Shown here piece after piece: positions 10,131 to 20,309 of a stretch of 64,000 bases of DNA. Source of the DNA: an uncultured Granulosicoccaceae bacterium (GTDB lineage: Bacteria; Pseudomonadota; Gammaproteobacteria; Granulosicoccales; Granulosicoccaceae); the NCBI GenBank assembly GCA_938020525.1, contig CALIHW010000053.1, positions 8,705-72,704 on the forward strand, given 5' to 3'. Under the pieces are notes generated by a model that saw nothing but the letters and a program-made list of their open reading frames with translations, had not been told where the DNA came from and did not search any database. Positions within the stretch are counted from its first letter, which is position 1; every line of letters begins with the position of its first letter. A program made the position numbers and the translations under genes.

Positions 10131-11846
10131 ATGACTTCTCGCCAAAAACAAACTTTATTCATATTGCTGCTAGTTGGCATCGCACTTAACCTGCTAACTC
10201 TGATTCTCTGGAATCCGGCGTATATTGCGAACGATGGCATTCAGTATATTTCCACCGCTGCGAACTGGCTGTTTGGAAAAGGATTCTCCACCAACGCGTT
10301 AATCTACGGGCCTCACTTTCAAGGTGTTCTGCCAGCGGTACAAACAGTTTGGCCACCGGGCTATCCTTTCGCAATTGCGATCACCAGCAGACTCGGTTTC
10401 GATCTGGAAACCACCGTGTTGATCTTGAACCTGATCATGCACGTAGCAGCCGCCGCCGTGATGTGGCGGATTTTTCTGAAAATGGGGGTGGAAAGATTTT
10501 TCGCCACGGTCTGCGCATTCATCTTTTATGTAATGGCGATACCATGGTCATACGTTAGCTCCGGCCTCACCGAGCCGTTATTCACTACTCTACTGTTACT
10601 TGGCATGTTGTTTCTGCCAGTTCCAAACAAAGGCAATATATTGCACTGGGTAGTATGCGGGCTGTTTCTGGCCGCCAGCATATTTGTTCGCTACTCGAGT
10701 GTATTTGCGACATTCGGTACCGGCGCTGGCATTTTTATTTATTTGATACTGTACGAACGCCGATCTATAGGTGCGTTGGTAAAACCCTGCATTAAGCTGA
10801 CAATGTTAATCGCGTTGCCAACTATAGTGTTTGGTTGCCTGATGTACCGAACAAACATACTCATCGGAACCCTTGACAGATACTCAGGCTCAAAAGTACC
10901 CGAAACTCTGGGCTCGACTGCAAGGCGCTGGTTGGCTAAATTTTCAGAACTACTTGGCTTTTCAGTAAGCGAAACATCAAACAACGGATGGCTGGCAATA
11001 TTCTGGTTTTTAGTTTTTTGCCTGATTATATTGGCAATTGTATTTTGCTTTTTACTAGGAGATAAAAATTACCTCAGGTCATCATGCGGGTCATCATCCA
11101 AGGCATTAACCAAGCCACCAACCAGACCCGCGAGGACAGAATATCTTCGTGTATTTACCTTAGTAACTTTTTTCCACAGCCTCGCACTGTTTGCGTACTT
11201 AACAATAAACTCTGTTCAATCGTCTCCGCTTGAGATAATAACCCGCTATCTCTATCAAATTTATCCAAGTATCTATGCAGCCTTTTGCTATATGGTGTTT
11301 TCTCTGTTCGAGCAATTCAACTCTGGAAAAAAGCAGATTTTTCTTAAAACATCCACCTCTGCACTGATCGTGTTATACCTGTTTGCACAGATAAACTCTG
11401 TATGGGTCACCCGACCGAGTTATTTCAGAGATTCTCTGGAAACCACCGAACTCATGGAGTTGCACGTTAAAGATTCTGTTAGCGTTAAAAATTTTATAAA
11501 ACGCTGCTTCGCTGACGGCAAGCTCGGTAAAACACTCTGGAGCCCTCATGCGCAGCCTATTCACCTGCACACCGGGGTACCCACTATTTCTCAATCCCAC
11601 AACTACACTGACAAACCATTCGATGCAGAAGAGTTTCAGGATCGGGTAATGCAGTATCAAACTGGAATGTTCATATTTGTCAATTTCCGCAATTCTCCAA
11701 ACGAAAATCACGATAATTACATAAGCTCTGCCAAAACCTGGTTGATCAATAATAGTTATCACCCGGTTGAGTTGCAGTCTAATACATTTGGAATGAACCG
11801 AACCGTTGCTATCTACAGCGCCGATCCTGACTGTGATGCGAGTTGA
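10131..11846 (+). CDS. GT-C fold glycosyltransferase, ArnT/PMT (GT39/GT83)-like, 571 aa
   Basis: It has many TM helices. The first periplasmic loop NDGIQYISTAANWLFGKGFS resembles the acidic DxxxY loop of the ArnT/PMT_2 family. A soluble C-terminal domain of about 170 aa follows. I recognised the family by eye only. Confidence 0.6.
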   Translation: MTSRQKQTLFILLLVGIALNLLTLILWNPAYIANDGIQYISTAANWLFGKGFSTNALIYGPHFQGVLPAVQTVWPPGYPFAIAITSRLGFDLETTVLILNLIMHVAAAAVMWRIFLKMGVERFFATVCAFIFYVMAIPWSYVSSGLTEPLFTTLLLLGMLFLPVPNKGNILHWVVCGLFLAASIFVRYSSVFATFGTGAGIFIYLILYERRSIGALVKPCIKLTMLIALPTIVFGCLMYRTNILIGTLDRYSGSKVPETLGSTARRWLAKFSELLGFSVSETSNNGWLAIFWFLVFCLIILAIVFCFLLGDKNYLRSSCGSSSKALTKPPTRPARTEYLRVFTLVTFFHSLALFAYLTINSVQSSPLEIITRYLYQIYPSIYAAFCYMVFSLFEQFNSGKKQIFLKTSTSALIVLYLFAQINSVWVTRPSYFRDSLETTELMELHVKDSVSVKNFIKRCFADGKLGKTLWSPHAQPIHLHTGVPTISQSHNYTDKPFDAEEFQDRVMQYQTGMFIFVNFRNSPNENHDNYISSAKTWLINNSYHPVELQSNTFGMNRTVAIYSADPDCDAS

Positions 11847-11993
11847 ATGCTCCCATCAAACAACATGCAAGTGGCAACACATATTAAAGAACCAAAAATG
11901 AACGAACCAAAAAAAACTGAGGTACACAAAGAGCAGCTAAGCCAGCATCTATAATTTGGTTACGTCTAATTTGGCCTCTTTATTTTGGCCTCT

Positions 11994-13934
11994 CTAATTT
12001 GGTGCTGGCGGCACAGATTGTCGAATTTCATCAAGCACTGACGGGTTTGCCAATGCCATTACGTTGGTGATTTCATTACCATTGATGGCATCCCTGGCAG
12101 CTTTTTCAGAGAGTTTGCCATTATGAGTTCGCGGTAATTCACTAACACCGATTACAATAGACGGCACATGAAGTCGGCTGGTTTCAGTAGCGATTTTCTT
12201 TTTCAGTTTTAAAATATACGGACGCCCAAGTGGCACTGCATCCCGCATAACTACCAACAACACCAGACGCGAACCACCGGGCTCACGAGGGGAGGCTTGT
12301 TCGACTACCAGTGATTCCCTGACACCTTCCATTTGATTAACAATACAGAGTATCTCTGCCGGACCGATTCTCACGCCACGCACATTAAGGGTTCCATCAG
12401 ACCTCCCGAGTATTCGAGGGCACCCGGTATCGGTAATTCTGATTTGATCTCCGTGTGTCCACACACCGGGGTTGTGTTCAAAGTAGCTTGAGTAAATCTT
12501 TTTACTATCTTTATCACCCCAGAAAAATACCGGCTGAGACGGAAATGGACTGACGACCACCAATTCACCAGAACCGGAATAGTTTATATCACCGGAATCA
12601 TCTGACTTTACACGAACGTCAATACCTAGAGAAATGCACTGACTGTCTCCCGCTATGACTGGCAACTCAGGATGACCCAGCACCAAACAACCGATCATAT
12701 CTGTCCCACCGGACACAGACTGCACGGGAACTCGCTTAAAGGACTTAACAATCCATTGAAACTGGGATTCAAACAATATTGATCCGGTGCTTTGAATTGA
12801 GCGTAACGCTTGCAACTCATAATCCGCATTCGGTGTGATACCGGATTCAATCAAATACTGTACATAGGCCGGGCTGGTACCGAAGACGGTAACATTAAGA
12901 TCATCAATCACCTTTAATAAGCTGGTTTTTTCAGGATAAGAAACACTACCATCGTACAAAACAATATGTGCACCGCTGGCCAAAGCAGTTAGTTGCCAAT
13001 TCCACATCATCCAGCCAGTCGATGTTTGAAACATCAAAGTATCTCTATGACCTATATCACTGTGAAGTCTGTGCTCCTTTATATGCTCCAGCAACGTACC
13101 ACCAGCTCCATGCACAATACACTTGGGAACACCGGTTGTACCGGAAGAAAACATTACGAATAAAGGATGATCGAATGGAAATTGCTCAAGCGTGTTCAAA
13201 TCTACCGGCGAGCAGGACACAACCGAAGACCATTTTTGCGACACAACCTCGAGATCATTGACAGAATCTGTATCTGACAACAGCACTACTACTTCAATTG
13301 AAGTGACTTCTTCGAGCAGTCGCGCTACGGTGTCATCGATGACACGCACACTACCGTTCAGCTGATAACTGGTATTAGTAAACAACAGCTTTGGTTCAAG
13401 CTGACCGAAACGCTCGATGATTGCACTGGCACCCAATTCAGGTGATACCGATGACCATGTCGCCCCAATCGCAGCACAGCCGAGACAGGCAGCAATACTT
13501 TCTATGGAGTTTTTTGCTACGGCTACAACTCGATCACCGGCAACTATGCCCTTTTCTTTCAAATAGGTGCTCACTGACAAAATTTGTCGCGTCAACTCGG
13601 CTCGCGTGACAGAAACCACCTGCCCCTCCTCATTGACCAATGTCACCGCTGTATCAGTGGCTGCTGATTCGGCAACGCCTTCGAGCAGGCAACGGGTATA
13701 GTTAAGAGAGACTCCTGGAAAAAAACGGCGCTCTAAAAATCCGGATCCAGCAATAACCGGCGTCAGACTTCCGCTGTAACTGATACCAGCAAAGGAAAGC
13801 AGAGACGACCAGAAAGACTCAGGGTTATCGCAGCACCATCTGTGCAGGCTACTGTAGTCCGTAAAAGTGTGATTAGTCTGCTTTTCAAGTAACAGCTCAA
13901 ACTGCTTTATGCCTGTGAGTTGATCACTACTCAT
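11994..13934 (-). CDS. Acetoacetyl-CoA-synthetase-family adenylate-forming ligase (646 aa)
   Basis: The N-terminal FTDYSSLHRWCCDNPESFWSSLLSF...FFPGVSLNYTRCLL and the core MFSSGTTGVPKCIVHGAGG match the AACS subfamily of ANL enzymes. The length also fits AACS. It is the last gene of the operon, directly downstream of the carrier-protein gene. Confidence 0.75.
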   Translation of the reverse strand: MSSDQLTGIKQFELLLEKQTNHTFTDYSSLHRWCCDNPESFWSSLLSFAGISYSGSLTPVIAGSGFLERRFFPGVSLNYTRCLLEGVAESAATDTAVTLVNEEGQVVSVTRAELTRQILSVSTYLKEKGIVAGDRVVAVAKNSIESIAACLGCAAIGATWSSVSPELGASAIIERFGQLEPKLLFTNTSYQLNGSVRVIDDTVARLLEEVTSIEVVVLLSDTDSVNDLEVVSQKWSSVVSCSPVDLNTLEQFPFDHPLFVMFSSGTTGVPKCIVHGAGGTLLEHIKEHRLHSDIGHRDTLMFQTSTGWMMWNWQLTALASGAHIVLYDGSVSYPEKTSLLKVIDDLNVTVFGTSPAYVQYLIESGITPNADYELQALRSIQSTGSILFESQFQWIVKSFKRVPVQSVSGGTDMIGCLVLGHPELPVIAGDSQCISLGIDVRVKSDDSGDINYSGSGELVVVSPFPSQPVFFWGDKDSKKIYSSYFEHNPGVWTHGDQIRITDTGCPRILGRSDGTLNVRGVRIGPAEILCIVNQMEGVRESLVVEQASPREPGGSRLVLLVVMRDAVPLGRPYILKLKKKIATETSRLHVPSIVIGVSELPRTHNGKLSEKAARDAINGNEITNVMALANPSVLDEIRQSVPPAPN

Positions 13935-13937
13935 CGT

Positions 13938-14255
13938 TCAGTTGAGATTCAAGACGATAGACTCGCCATCCACTACAACGTTCTCGAGTGAAAAACCAGG
14001 TAGAGGAGTGACAAATCGCACAATCTTGCCTATTGCATCGAAATTTTCCGGGCTCAGGCTTGCACGATCTATCTGAATTGAACAAGCGTTCTCCAGAAAC
14101 AACACAAGATTTACAAAACCCAGACTATCGAGAATTTCGGATTGCATCAGCGATTTCTCATCATCTCCGTTCAAAAGCACCTCTGTATCACCAAAGTGAT
14201 AGTTATCATCGAGCCAGTCAATGACGAGCACCCTGAGCTTTTCCTGATCTGTCAT
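13938..14255 (-). CDS. Acyl/peptidyl carrier protein (DltC/ACP-like, 105 aa)
   Basis: The sequence MTDQEKLRVLVIDWL...MQSEILDSLGFVNLVLFLE contains a DSLG phosphopantetheine-attachment serine in carrier-protein helix-2 context. The annotated ORF is longer (to 14384), but that extension overlaps the MBOAT gene. Confidence 0.7.
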   Translation of the reverse strand: MTDQEKLRVLVIDWLDDNYHFGDTEVLLNGDDEKSLMQSEILDSLGFVNLVLFLENACSIQIDRASLSPENFDAIGKIVRFVTPLPGFSLENVVVDGESIVLNLN

Positions 14256-14269
14256 CTGTTGTCTCTGAA

Positions 14270-15721
14270 TTAAAACTGCTGGTAAATGAACGTACCTTTC
14301 GAGAAAGGAACAATTAGCACAAGTATCGCTACCGCCGCACCGTATGCTACACCACGCAGCACTGGTGGTATTGCCGCGTACCATTCTTTTACCTTATCCA
14401 GGGGTCTGATTTCAATAAGGTGCATCCCGATTATGAAAACAAATGCCAGCATCGCCAGCGGACTGAAGGACAGCATCTGCGTTCCTGTTGAGCTCAGCAA
14501 ACCCTTGTAATAGACAAAAGCGCTATCTATGTCTCTTGCCCTGAAGGGCACAAGGGTCAGCACAAAAAACAGCAGAGTCACAAGCCAACTCGCCAGCGAA
14601 TAAATAGCTGACTTTCGGATCGTTACAAAAGCACGGTTTTTTCTGCACCAGCCACGGTATACAACATCCCAGTTACGATGCATAATCATACCGAACGCAT
14701 GCAACAATCCCCAACAGATATAGGTCCACGCCGCACCGTGCCAAAGCCCGGATGCCAGGAATACCAGAAACAAACCGATATCAAGACGACCGCGAAACCA
14801 TCCTTTGCCTGTGATTAAAGGAGTAAAGATATACTCAAAAAGCCATCTATTAAGTGTGATGTGCCAGCGCCGCCACAACTCGGGCAGACTTCGGCTAAGA
14901 AACGGCACATCAAAATTCTGCGGCAGTTCAATCGCAAACAATCGCGCAGTACCAATTGCCATTAAGCTGTAACCTGCAAAATCTGCAAACACCTGCCCCG
15001 CAAACGCAAACACACCAACCCACAGCGAAAGCGAGGTGTATGTCTCCGGAGCTGAGAATGACCTAGACACCAGACTTTCACCCAGAACTTCTCCGACGAA
15101 CGCTTTGAGTGTGTAACCAAGAAGGAATGCAAACGCACCGGTTGCGATCCACCGGGCTTCTATCCGGCGGACTTTTTCAAGCTGAGGCAGAAGTTCAGAT
15201 GCACGAGAAATCGGACCTGCCGCCAACTGCCCGAAAAAACAGACGAATAGTGAAAAATCCAACAACGATTTAGCGGGTTCAATACGCTTCCAGTAGGTAT
15301 CAAGCACATAACCAACACGCTGAAGAGTCCAGTAGGAGATACCTAACGGCAACAACAGCTTTAATACTGGTAGCGCATTGTCTATACCGATGCTACCAAG
15401 CGCATCGTTGGCAGCAGTCGCAAAAAATCCTACATATTTAAAAAAACATAGGCTGCCAAGGCTGAACAATAAACTTACCGCCAATAATCGCTTGCGGCTT
15501 TTGCCTGACACCGACTTCGCATGAAACTGATGACTGATGAAGTAATCAAGCCATGTACCGGCAATGATCAGCATTAACAGATGCCAATGCCATGATCCAA
15601 AAAATAGATAACTACCAGCCAATAGTATGACGTTTTGATAAAGTCTCAGTCGTGGCCCTAGCCAGTAGACCAGGAATATGACTGGCAGAAAAAACAGAAA
15701 CTCAACATTAGTAAAACTCAC
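14270..15721 (-). CDS. MBOAT family membrane-bound O-acyltransferase (DltB/AlgI-like)
   Basis: It is 483 aa and polytopic. It starts MSFTNVEFLFFLPVIFLVYW. The conserved His region RRWHITLNRWLFEYIF corresponds to WHISLS.W.RDYLY of AlgI/DltB. Confidence 0.85.
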   Translation of the reverse strand: MSFTNVEFLFFLPVIFLVYWLGPRLRLYQNVILLAGSYLFFGSWHWHLLMLIIAGTWLDYFISHQFHAKSVSGKSRKRLLAVSLLFSLGSLCFFKYVGFFATAANDALGSIGIDNALPVLKLLLPLGISYWTLQRVGYVLDTYWKRIEPAKSLLDFSLFVCFFGQLAAGPISRASELLPQLEKVRRIEARWIATGAFAFLLGYTLKAFVGEVLGESLVSRSFSAPETYTSLSLWVGVFAFAGQVFADFAGYSLMAIGTARLFAIELPQNFDVPFLSRSLPELWRRWHITLNRWLFEYIFTPLITGKGWFRGRLDIGLFLVFLASGLWHGAAWTYICWGLLHAFGMIMHRNWDVVYRGWCRKNRAFVTIRKSAIYSLASWLVTLLFFVLTLVPFRARDIDSAFVYYKGLLSSTGTQMLSFSPLAMLAFVFIIGMHLIEIRPLDKVKEWYAAIPPVLRGVAYGAAVAILVLIVPFSKGTFIYQQF

Positions 15722-16800
15722 TGCTCAGTTCCTCTTGAACTTTCTTTAGCTGAGCTTACTTCGGGCGTGTTTTCGATCAAGTTATCTTCACTTGACATCA
15801 GGTCAGTCAGAAACTTGAAGTCGTTTTCAAGCGCGTATTCAGACCATTTGATGTTTCCGGCAGGATTAACGTGATCGAGATCAAGCATGAACTCCTGATC
15901 ATTAAGAATACCAAGCGTCATATCCACAATCCGAACATCGTTTTCGTTACCGTATTCCATCATCTGGTTTGCAAACGGACGTATTGTATTTTCCCTGCCT
16001 TTATCAGTAACAGTATCTGGCTTTAACGGGAACAGTACAATTGTTAAGTCAAGGTTATGAGTTTTTGTAAATTCAACGAACCGATCCATAGCTGTCATAT
16101 CCATGTCCGACAGATAACACTTGTAACCGTTTTCAATATCATCGTTCCAACGACCTAGTGTTACTGCGTATTCGTCCTCAGCCAAATTACCATTGACCAT
16201 TACCCTTAGAAATTCGGTAAATCTGCCAAAATTCTCACTGATAGAAAAACGCGTTCGGACGAGCGCAGATTGCGAGAATATATGTCGCCATAAATTACGA
16301 ACATAATTACGGTTCAGCTCGGTCGCACCATCGGAGAAAAAGCCGCGGACATAGTCAGACTCATCCCAGCCATGGGTAACTATGTTATGAGCAGTAGCGT
16401 TGGGCACTTCATGTCTGCAGGTGTCCCACCAGGTGATACCGAACATCATATGGGTCAATGGTTCTTTAATTGCACCGTTAGAATCAAGAATAAGCGGTTT
16501 AATACGACGGTCCAGCACCCACTCCATCGCATCGACTTTTCCAGCCTCGAGTGCCACTGCAATAAGATCCACCTTGTCTGCTGTCCGTTCACGCAACACT
16601 TCACCAAGAATATGAAATGATCTGCCATGACTTGAACTGATAACCAACACATTGGGCACGCGTTCGAGATCACTAAGACCGTTGCGAACCTGTCTTTTCA
16701 GAGGTGCATCAAACACCCTGCCCATCAGAAGATCAGCACTGACCAGCGCCACAACAGCGCCTGCCACCACCAAAAACAAGGATCGCCAACTATGTTTCAT
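15718..16800 (-). CDS. Membrane-anchored extracytoplasmic SGNH/DltD-like partner protein of the MBOAT
   Basis: It has a single N-terminal TM helix. A possible block I is VLVISSSHGRSF and a possible block V is LDLDHVNPAGN (DxxH). Its stop overlaps the MBOAT start (ATGA). The family assignment is tentative. Confidence 0.45.
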   Translation of the reverse strand: MKHSWRSLFLVVAGAVVALVSADLLMGRVFDAPLKRQVRNGLSDLERVPNVLVISSSHGRSFHILGEVLRERTADKVDLIAVALEAGKVDAMEWVLDRRIKPLILDSNGAIKEPLTHMMFGITWWDTCRHEVPNATAHNIVTHGWDESDYVRGFFSDGATELNRNYVRNLWRHIFSQSALVRTRFSISENFGRFTEFLRVMVNGNLAEDEYAVTLGRWNDDIENGYKCYLSDMDMTAMDRFVEFTKTHNLDLTIVLFPLKPDTVTDKGRENTIRPFANQMMEYGNENDVRIVDMTLGILNDQEFMLDLDHVNPAGNIKWSEYALENDFKFLTDLMSSEDNLIENTPEVSSAKESSRGTEQ

Positions 16801-16808
16801 TTTCTTAT

Positions 16809-17798
16809 TCAGGCTACTACAGCTTTCTCATGAGCAAAAACAGCAGGGTATTGATTAAGATTTTCCTGTGCCTTAATCAGCTTGATATGTTCACTCATTG
16901 GCACTGGTCGAAACGACTTTTGTAGCCGGGCAAAAAAGCCATCCATCAACTCAAGTTTCTTCTCAACCGGCATACTCATGGCGGGGAAAAACTCAAGACC
17001 GGTATTGTCTTCAACACCCATAAAATCCAGCGGGTGCAATAGTAAAGATGGCTCCGTGCCTGTTACCCTGCACATTGATGTTGCTAGTGACGTATACAGC
17101 TTTGCGGCCACCGAACTGTAGCTCGCAAGATAAACCAGGTAACTGAAATGTATCGGCACTTTAAATAGCGGCATCGTAGTGACGGGCAGCTCCAGCAATG
17201 GACCTTCATCCAGTGACCATCGGTAGGGCTTTACCGGTCTCTTCGCATCTGAGAAAGTACCAAATAATGCCTTGCGTTGTTTCTTTTCTTCATCACTTAA
17301 CTGACTCTTTGAAAAGAAGTAAGCGCGTGCCAGCGGATTCAAAATATTGGGAAACGAGGTAGCATCATATTCATAGTCACGCTTCTGCAATACATTAAGA
17401 GTGGAAGTAGATAAACTAAACCCCGGACCACGAAAACCCTTGACTCTAACTCCAGTTGCAGATTCGATTGCATCTTCTGCCCGCGCAAGTTCCGTATCAA
17501 GCTTCTCCAGACTATAAAGATGCAGCCAAGGCTCATGATGAAAACTGTGATTAGCTATTTCATGACCCGCAGCATGCAACTGACCCAGTGCATCACGATT
17601 TTTCTCAAGCACTGCATCCTGACCAACCACAAAGAAAGTAATTTTAATATTTCGCTGCTTTAGAAATTCCAAAATTCTCGGCACAGCAATATCGAGATAG
17701 CTGGGCAATGACTCCCACTCAGGATTGCCGTGCGTTTTCATGTAAGTCCACTGGTTATCCAGATCAAGCGACAGACTCATGACAGGCTTATTGTTCAT
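16809..17798 (-). CDS. Polysaccharide deacetylase (NodB-homology, CE4-like; ArnD/LgmC-type role possible)
   Basis: The sequence LSLDLDNQW...ITFFVVGQDA...AGHEIANHSFHHEPW matches the Asp and His-His metal motifs of the NodB domain. Confidence 0.75.
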   Translation of the reverse strand: MNNKPVMSLSLDLDNQWTYMKTHGNPEWESLPSYLDIAVPRILEFLKQRNIKITFFVVGQDAVLEKNRDALGQLHAAGHEIANHSFHHEPWLHLYSLEKLDTELARAEDAIESATGVRVKGFRGPGFSLSTSTLNVLQKRDYEYDATSFPNILNPLARAYFFSKSQLSDEEKKQRKALFGTFSDAKRPVKPYRWSLDEGPLLELPVTTMPLFKVPIHFSYLVYLASYSSVAAKLYTSLATSMCRVTGTEPSLLLHPLDFMGVEDNTGLEFFPAMSMPVEKKLELMDGFFARLQKSFRPVPMSEHIKLIKAQENLNQYPAVFAHEKAVVA

Positions 17799-17829
17799 TA
17801 CTTGTTCTCACCAATTCGTTTCTTTTTCG

Positions 17830-18951
17830 CTATCCGAAATATTCAAGAACATCGATAACAATTTTGTTTGCAGCTGTGCCATCACCAAACGCTTTGTTTA
17901 ACTCTGCATATGCATTCGGATCAAACTGGTAGCCATCGTCGGCCACGGTATGGACTGCGTGCTCAATTTTCGCGGGATCCACACCTGTTAATCGATTAAC
18001 ACCGCAATCCAGAGTTTCATTCCACTCTGTTTCATTACGCAACGTAATACACTGCGTGCCAAGAAATGCTGCTTCCTTCTGCAAACCGCCGGAATCAGTC
18101 ATTACCACAGATGCATTTTTTACAGTCTGCAACATATCGAGATAGGACAACGGTTCTATCAACTGTATTGATTTTGACAAAGTGATACCCGATGATTCTA
18201 TTATATTGCGAGCCCTCGGATGTACCGGAAATACCAATGGCAGAGTATTTTGCGCCAGCACATCAAGCGATTGTAACAATGACAGCAGCACATCAGGCTC
18301 AGTATTTGAAGCCCTGTGCAGGGTCAAAAGACCATAGTCAGCCCGGGTGACCACTTGGGTGACTATGGGCGAGATTTGCCGCGCCTCCGCCAGACCAATA
18401 CTGTGTTTTACCGCGTCGTGCATCACATCACCACTAAACATCGAGCGCTCGGTCAGGTTTTCATTGCGCAGGTTTTCCATACCGGTAAGCGTTGGTACAT
18501 AGAGCCTGTCGCTACAGTGATCTGTTGCGATGCGGTTGATCTCCTCTGGCATTTTTCTGTTAAAGCTGCGCAAACCCGCTTCTATGTGAGCTACCGGCAC
18601 ATGAATTTTACTAGCGGCGAGACTTGCAGCAAGTGTTGAGTTGGTATCGCCATAGACCAATACAACAGCCGGTTTCTGTTTCAAAAACAGAAGCTCCAGC
18701 TGCTCCAGCATACGCCCCGTTTGGGCCGCGTGTCCGGATGAACCAATCGAGAGATTGATACTAGGTTCAGGAATTTCAAGTTCATCAAAAAACACTTTCG
18801 ACATGTTATCGTCATAGTGTTGTCCTGTATGAACAATCCTGTGATTGATATTGCCAATATGTTCACATGCGCGTGCAATCGGCGCGAGCTTAACAAACTG
18901 GGGCCGCGCGCCAACTACAGAAATTACTTCGAGAGATTTACTCATTCTCAA
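17830..18951 (-). CDS. wecB: UDP-N-acetylglucosamine 2-epimerase (non-hydrolysing)
   Basis: VVGARPQFVKLAPI, HTGQHYD, VLVYGDTNSTLA, AHIEAGLRSFNRKMPEEINR. Confidence 0.85.
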   Translation of the reverse strand: MRMSKSLEVISVVGARPQFVKLAPIARACEHIGNINHRIVHTGQHYDDNMSKVFFDELEIPEPSINLSIGSSGHAAQTGRMLEQLELLFLKQKPAVVLVYGDTNSTLAASLAASKIHVPVAHIEAGLRSFNRKMPEEINRIATDHCSDRLYVPTLTGMENLRNENLTERSMFSGDVMHDAVKHSIGLAEARQISPIVTQVVTRADYGLLTLHRASNTEPDVLLSLLQSLDVLAQNTLPLVFPVHPRARNIIESSGITLSKSIQLIEPLSYLDMLQTVKNASVVMTDSGGLQKEAAFLGTQCITLRNETEWNETLDCGVNRLTGVDPAKIEHAVHTVADDGYQFDPNAYAELNKAFGDGTAANKIVIDVLEYFG

Positions 18952-20288
18952 ATAACATCATAGGCTGAACGAACGTCGTAGGTTTCATTGTAAAACCTGT
19001 CAACAGCACCGATCACCTCGTTATTGTTTAACGTACTATTAACAAACTGACTGGTATTTAACACATGAAGTCTGGGATCATTGGTACTGACTGACGGCAC
19101 CATAGAAGAGTAGTCAAGCACCTGCAACGGTTGCACTTTAATTGCTCGATGCACATGAGTACTGACGATATCCTGCATGGGAAACTCAGGGAACATGCGC
19201 TTCACGCCATCTAGAAACGTCTCTTTAAAATAACTATCCGGCTTTTCAATCTCCGGATCTGTTGACAACAAATATCTTGGCAAATAGGTAAGATGATAGC
19301 CATCAGTATTTTTCACATCAACCACATTACTCATACCGATCAAGCCGGTAAACGGAATGGTTTCGTCGGCGATATTCACTACATAATAGTGAGTAAGCGG
19401 TTTTCTGGTGACCAGAACCACACAAACAACACCAAGGTACTCAACCAGCCCGCGACTCCTACCCTGCGCCTGGCGCTCAGTCTGGCCTACATCAAGCAAC
19501 TCATCATCAACTATATTTTCGAGCACATTGGTCGGACTAGTACAAACGACCTCATCGAATACAAGCTTGCGCTGAGGCGTATGCACAGACACGCCAGTTT
19601 CATCACACGACACGCGCATAACTGTCTCTTTTAACAGCACTCTGCCGCCACTCGCGTTTATATGACTTTCTATTTTTCTAAAAATGCTTTCATATCCACC
19701 ACGCACATGACCGAGATGCTCGGCACTCGCCGATTTATCTCGCGCGGAAAACATTCGCTTAATGTAAGACCAGATGAATACAGCGGAAACCCGCTTATAG
19801 CTTGGCCCAAGCTTGGCAAGCAGCAGCGGCTTCCAGAGTTTTTCTACATTTTCATTGCCAGATATTTTTCTCAGCCACTCTTCGCAAGTGACAGACTCAA
19901 GCGGCTTCCATGCAGCTATCCTCGATGCGTAAAGCATAGTGAAACCTAATCGAATCTTGGAAAACAAAGACAACAATGGAAATTTTAAAAATTCAATGTT
20001 GCTACTAATTGAGTGCAACTTTTCATCTACGTAGAATCCAGTATACGTCCGATGCCACTCAAGCTCATCTTCCATATCGAGCTCTTTTAGAAAACCAATA
20101 AGGTTTTGATCAGAAGGCAGGATCACATGATAGAAACGATCCCAATTAAAATTTTCAAACGTAGACCATGTTGCCAAACCACCAATCTGCTCTGCATATT
20201 CAATAACTGTAACTTCATGACCGTCAGCAGCATACCTGCGCGCTAACGCCATACCCATCAACCCACCACCGATTACTCCTACACGCAT
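18948..20288 (-). CDS. NAD(P)/FAD-dependent oxidoreductase (amine-oxidase / phytoene-desaturase-like fold)
   Basis: The N-terminal dinucleotide fold is MRVGVIGGGLMGMALARRYAADGHEVTVIE..QIGGLA. The substrate cannot be inferred from the sequence. Confidence 0.65.
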   Translation of the reverse strand: MRVGVIGGGLMGMALARRYAADGHEVTVIEYAEQIGGLATWSTFENFNWDRFYHVILPSDQNLIGFLKELDMEDELEWHRTYTGFYVDEKLHSISSNIEFLKFPLLSLFSKIRLGFTMLYASRIAAWKPLESVTCEEWLRKISGNENVEKLWKPLLLAKLGPSYKRVSAVFIWSYIKRMFSARDKSASAEHLGHVRGGYESIFRKIESHINASGGRVLLKETVMRVSCDETGVSVHTPQRKLVFDEVVCTSPTNVLENIVDDELLDVGQTERQAQGRSRGLVEYLGVVCVVLVTRKPLTHYYVVNIADETIPFTGLIGMSNVVDVKNTDGYHLTYLPRYLLSTDPEIEKPDSYFKETFLDGVKRMFPEFPMQDIVSTHVHRAIKVQPLQVLDYSSMVPSVSTNDPRLHVLNTSQFVNSTLNNNEVIGAVDRFYNETYDVRSAYDVI

Positions 20289-20309
20289 ACGATATTTCTT
20301 CGGCTTGTA

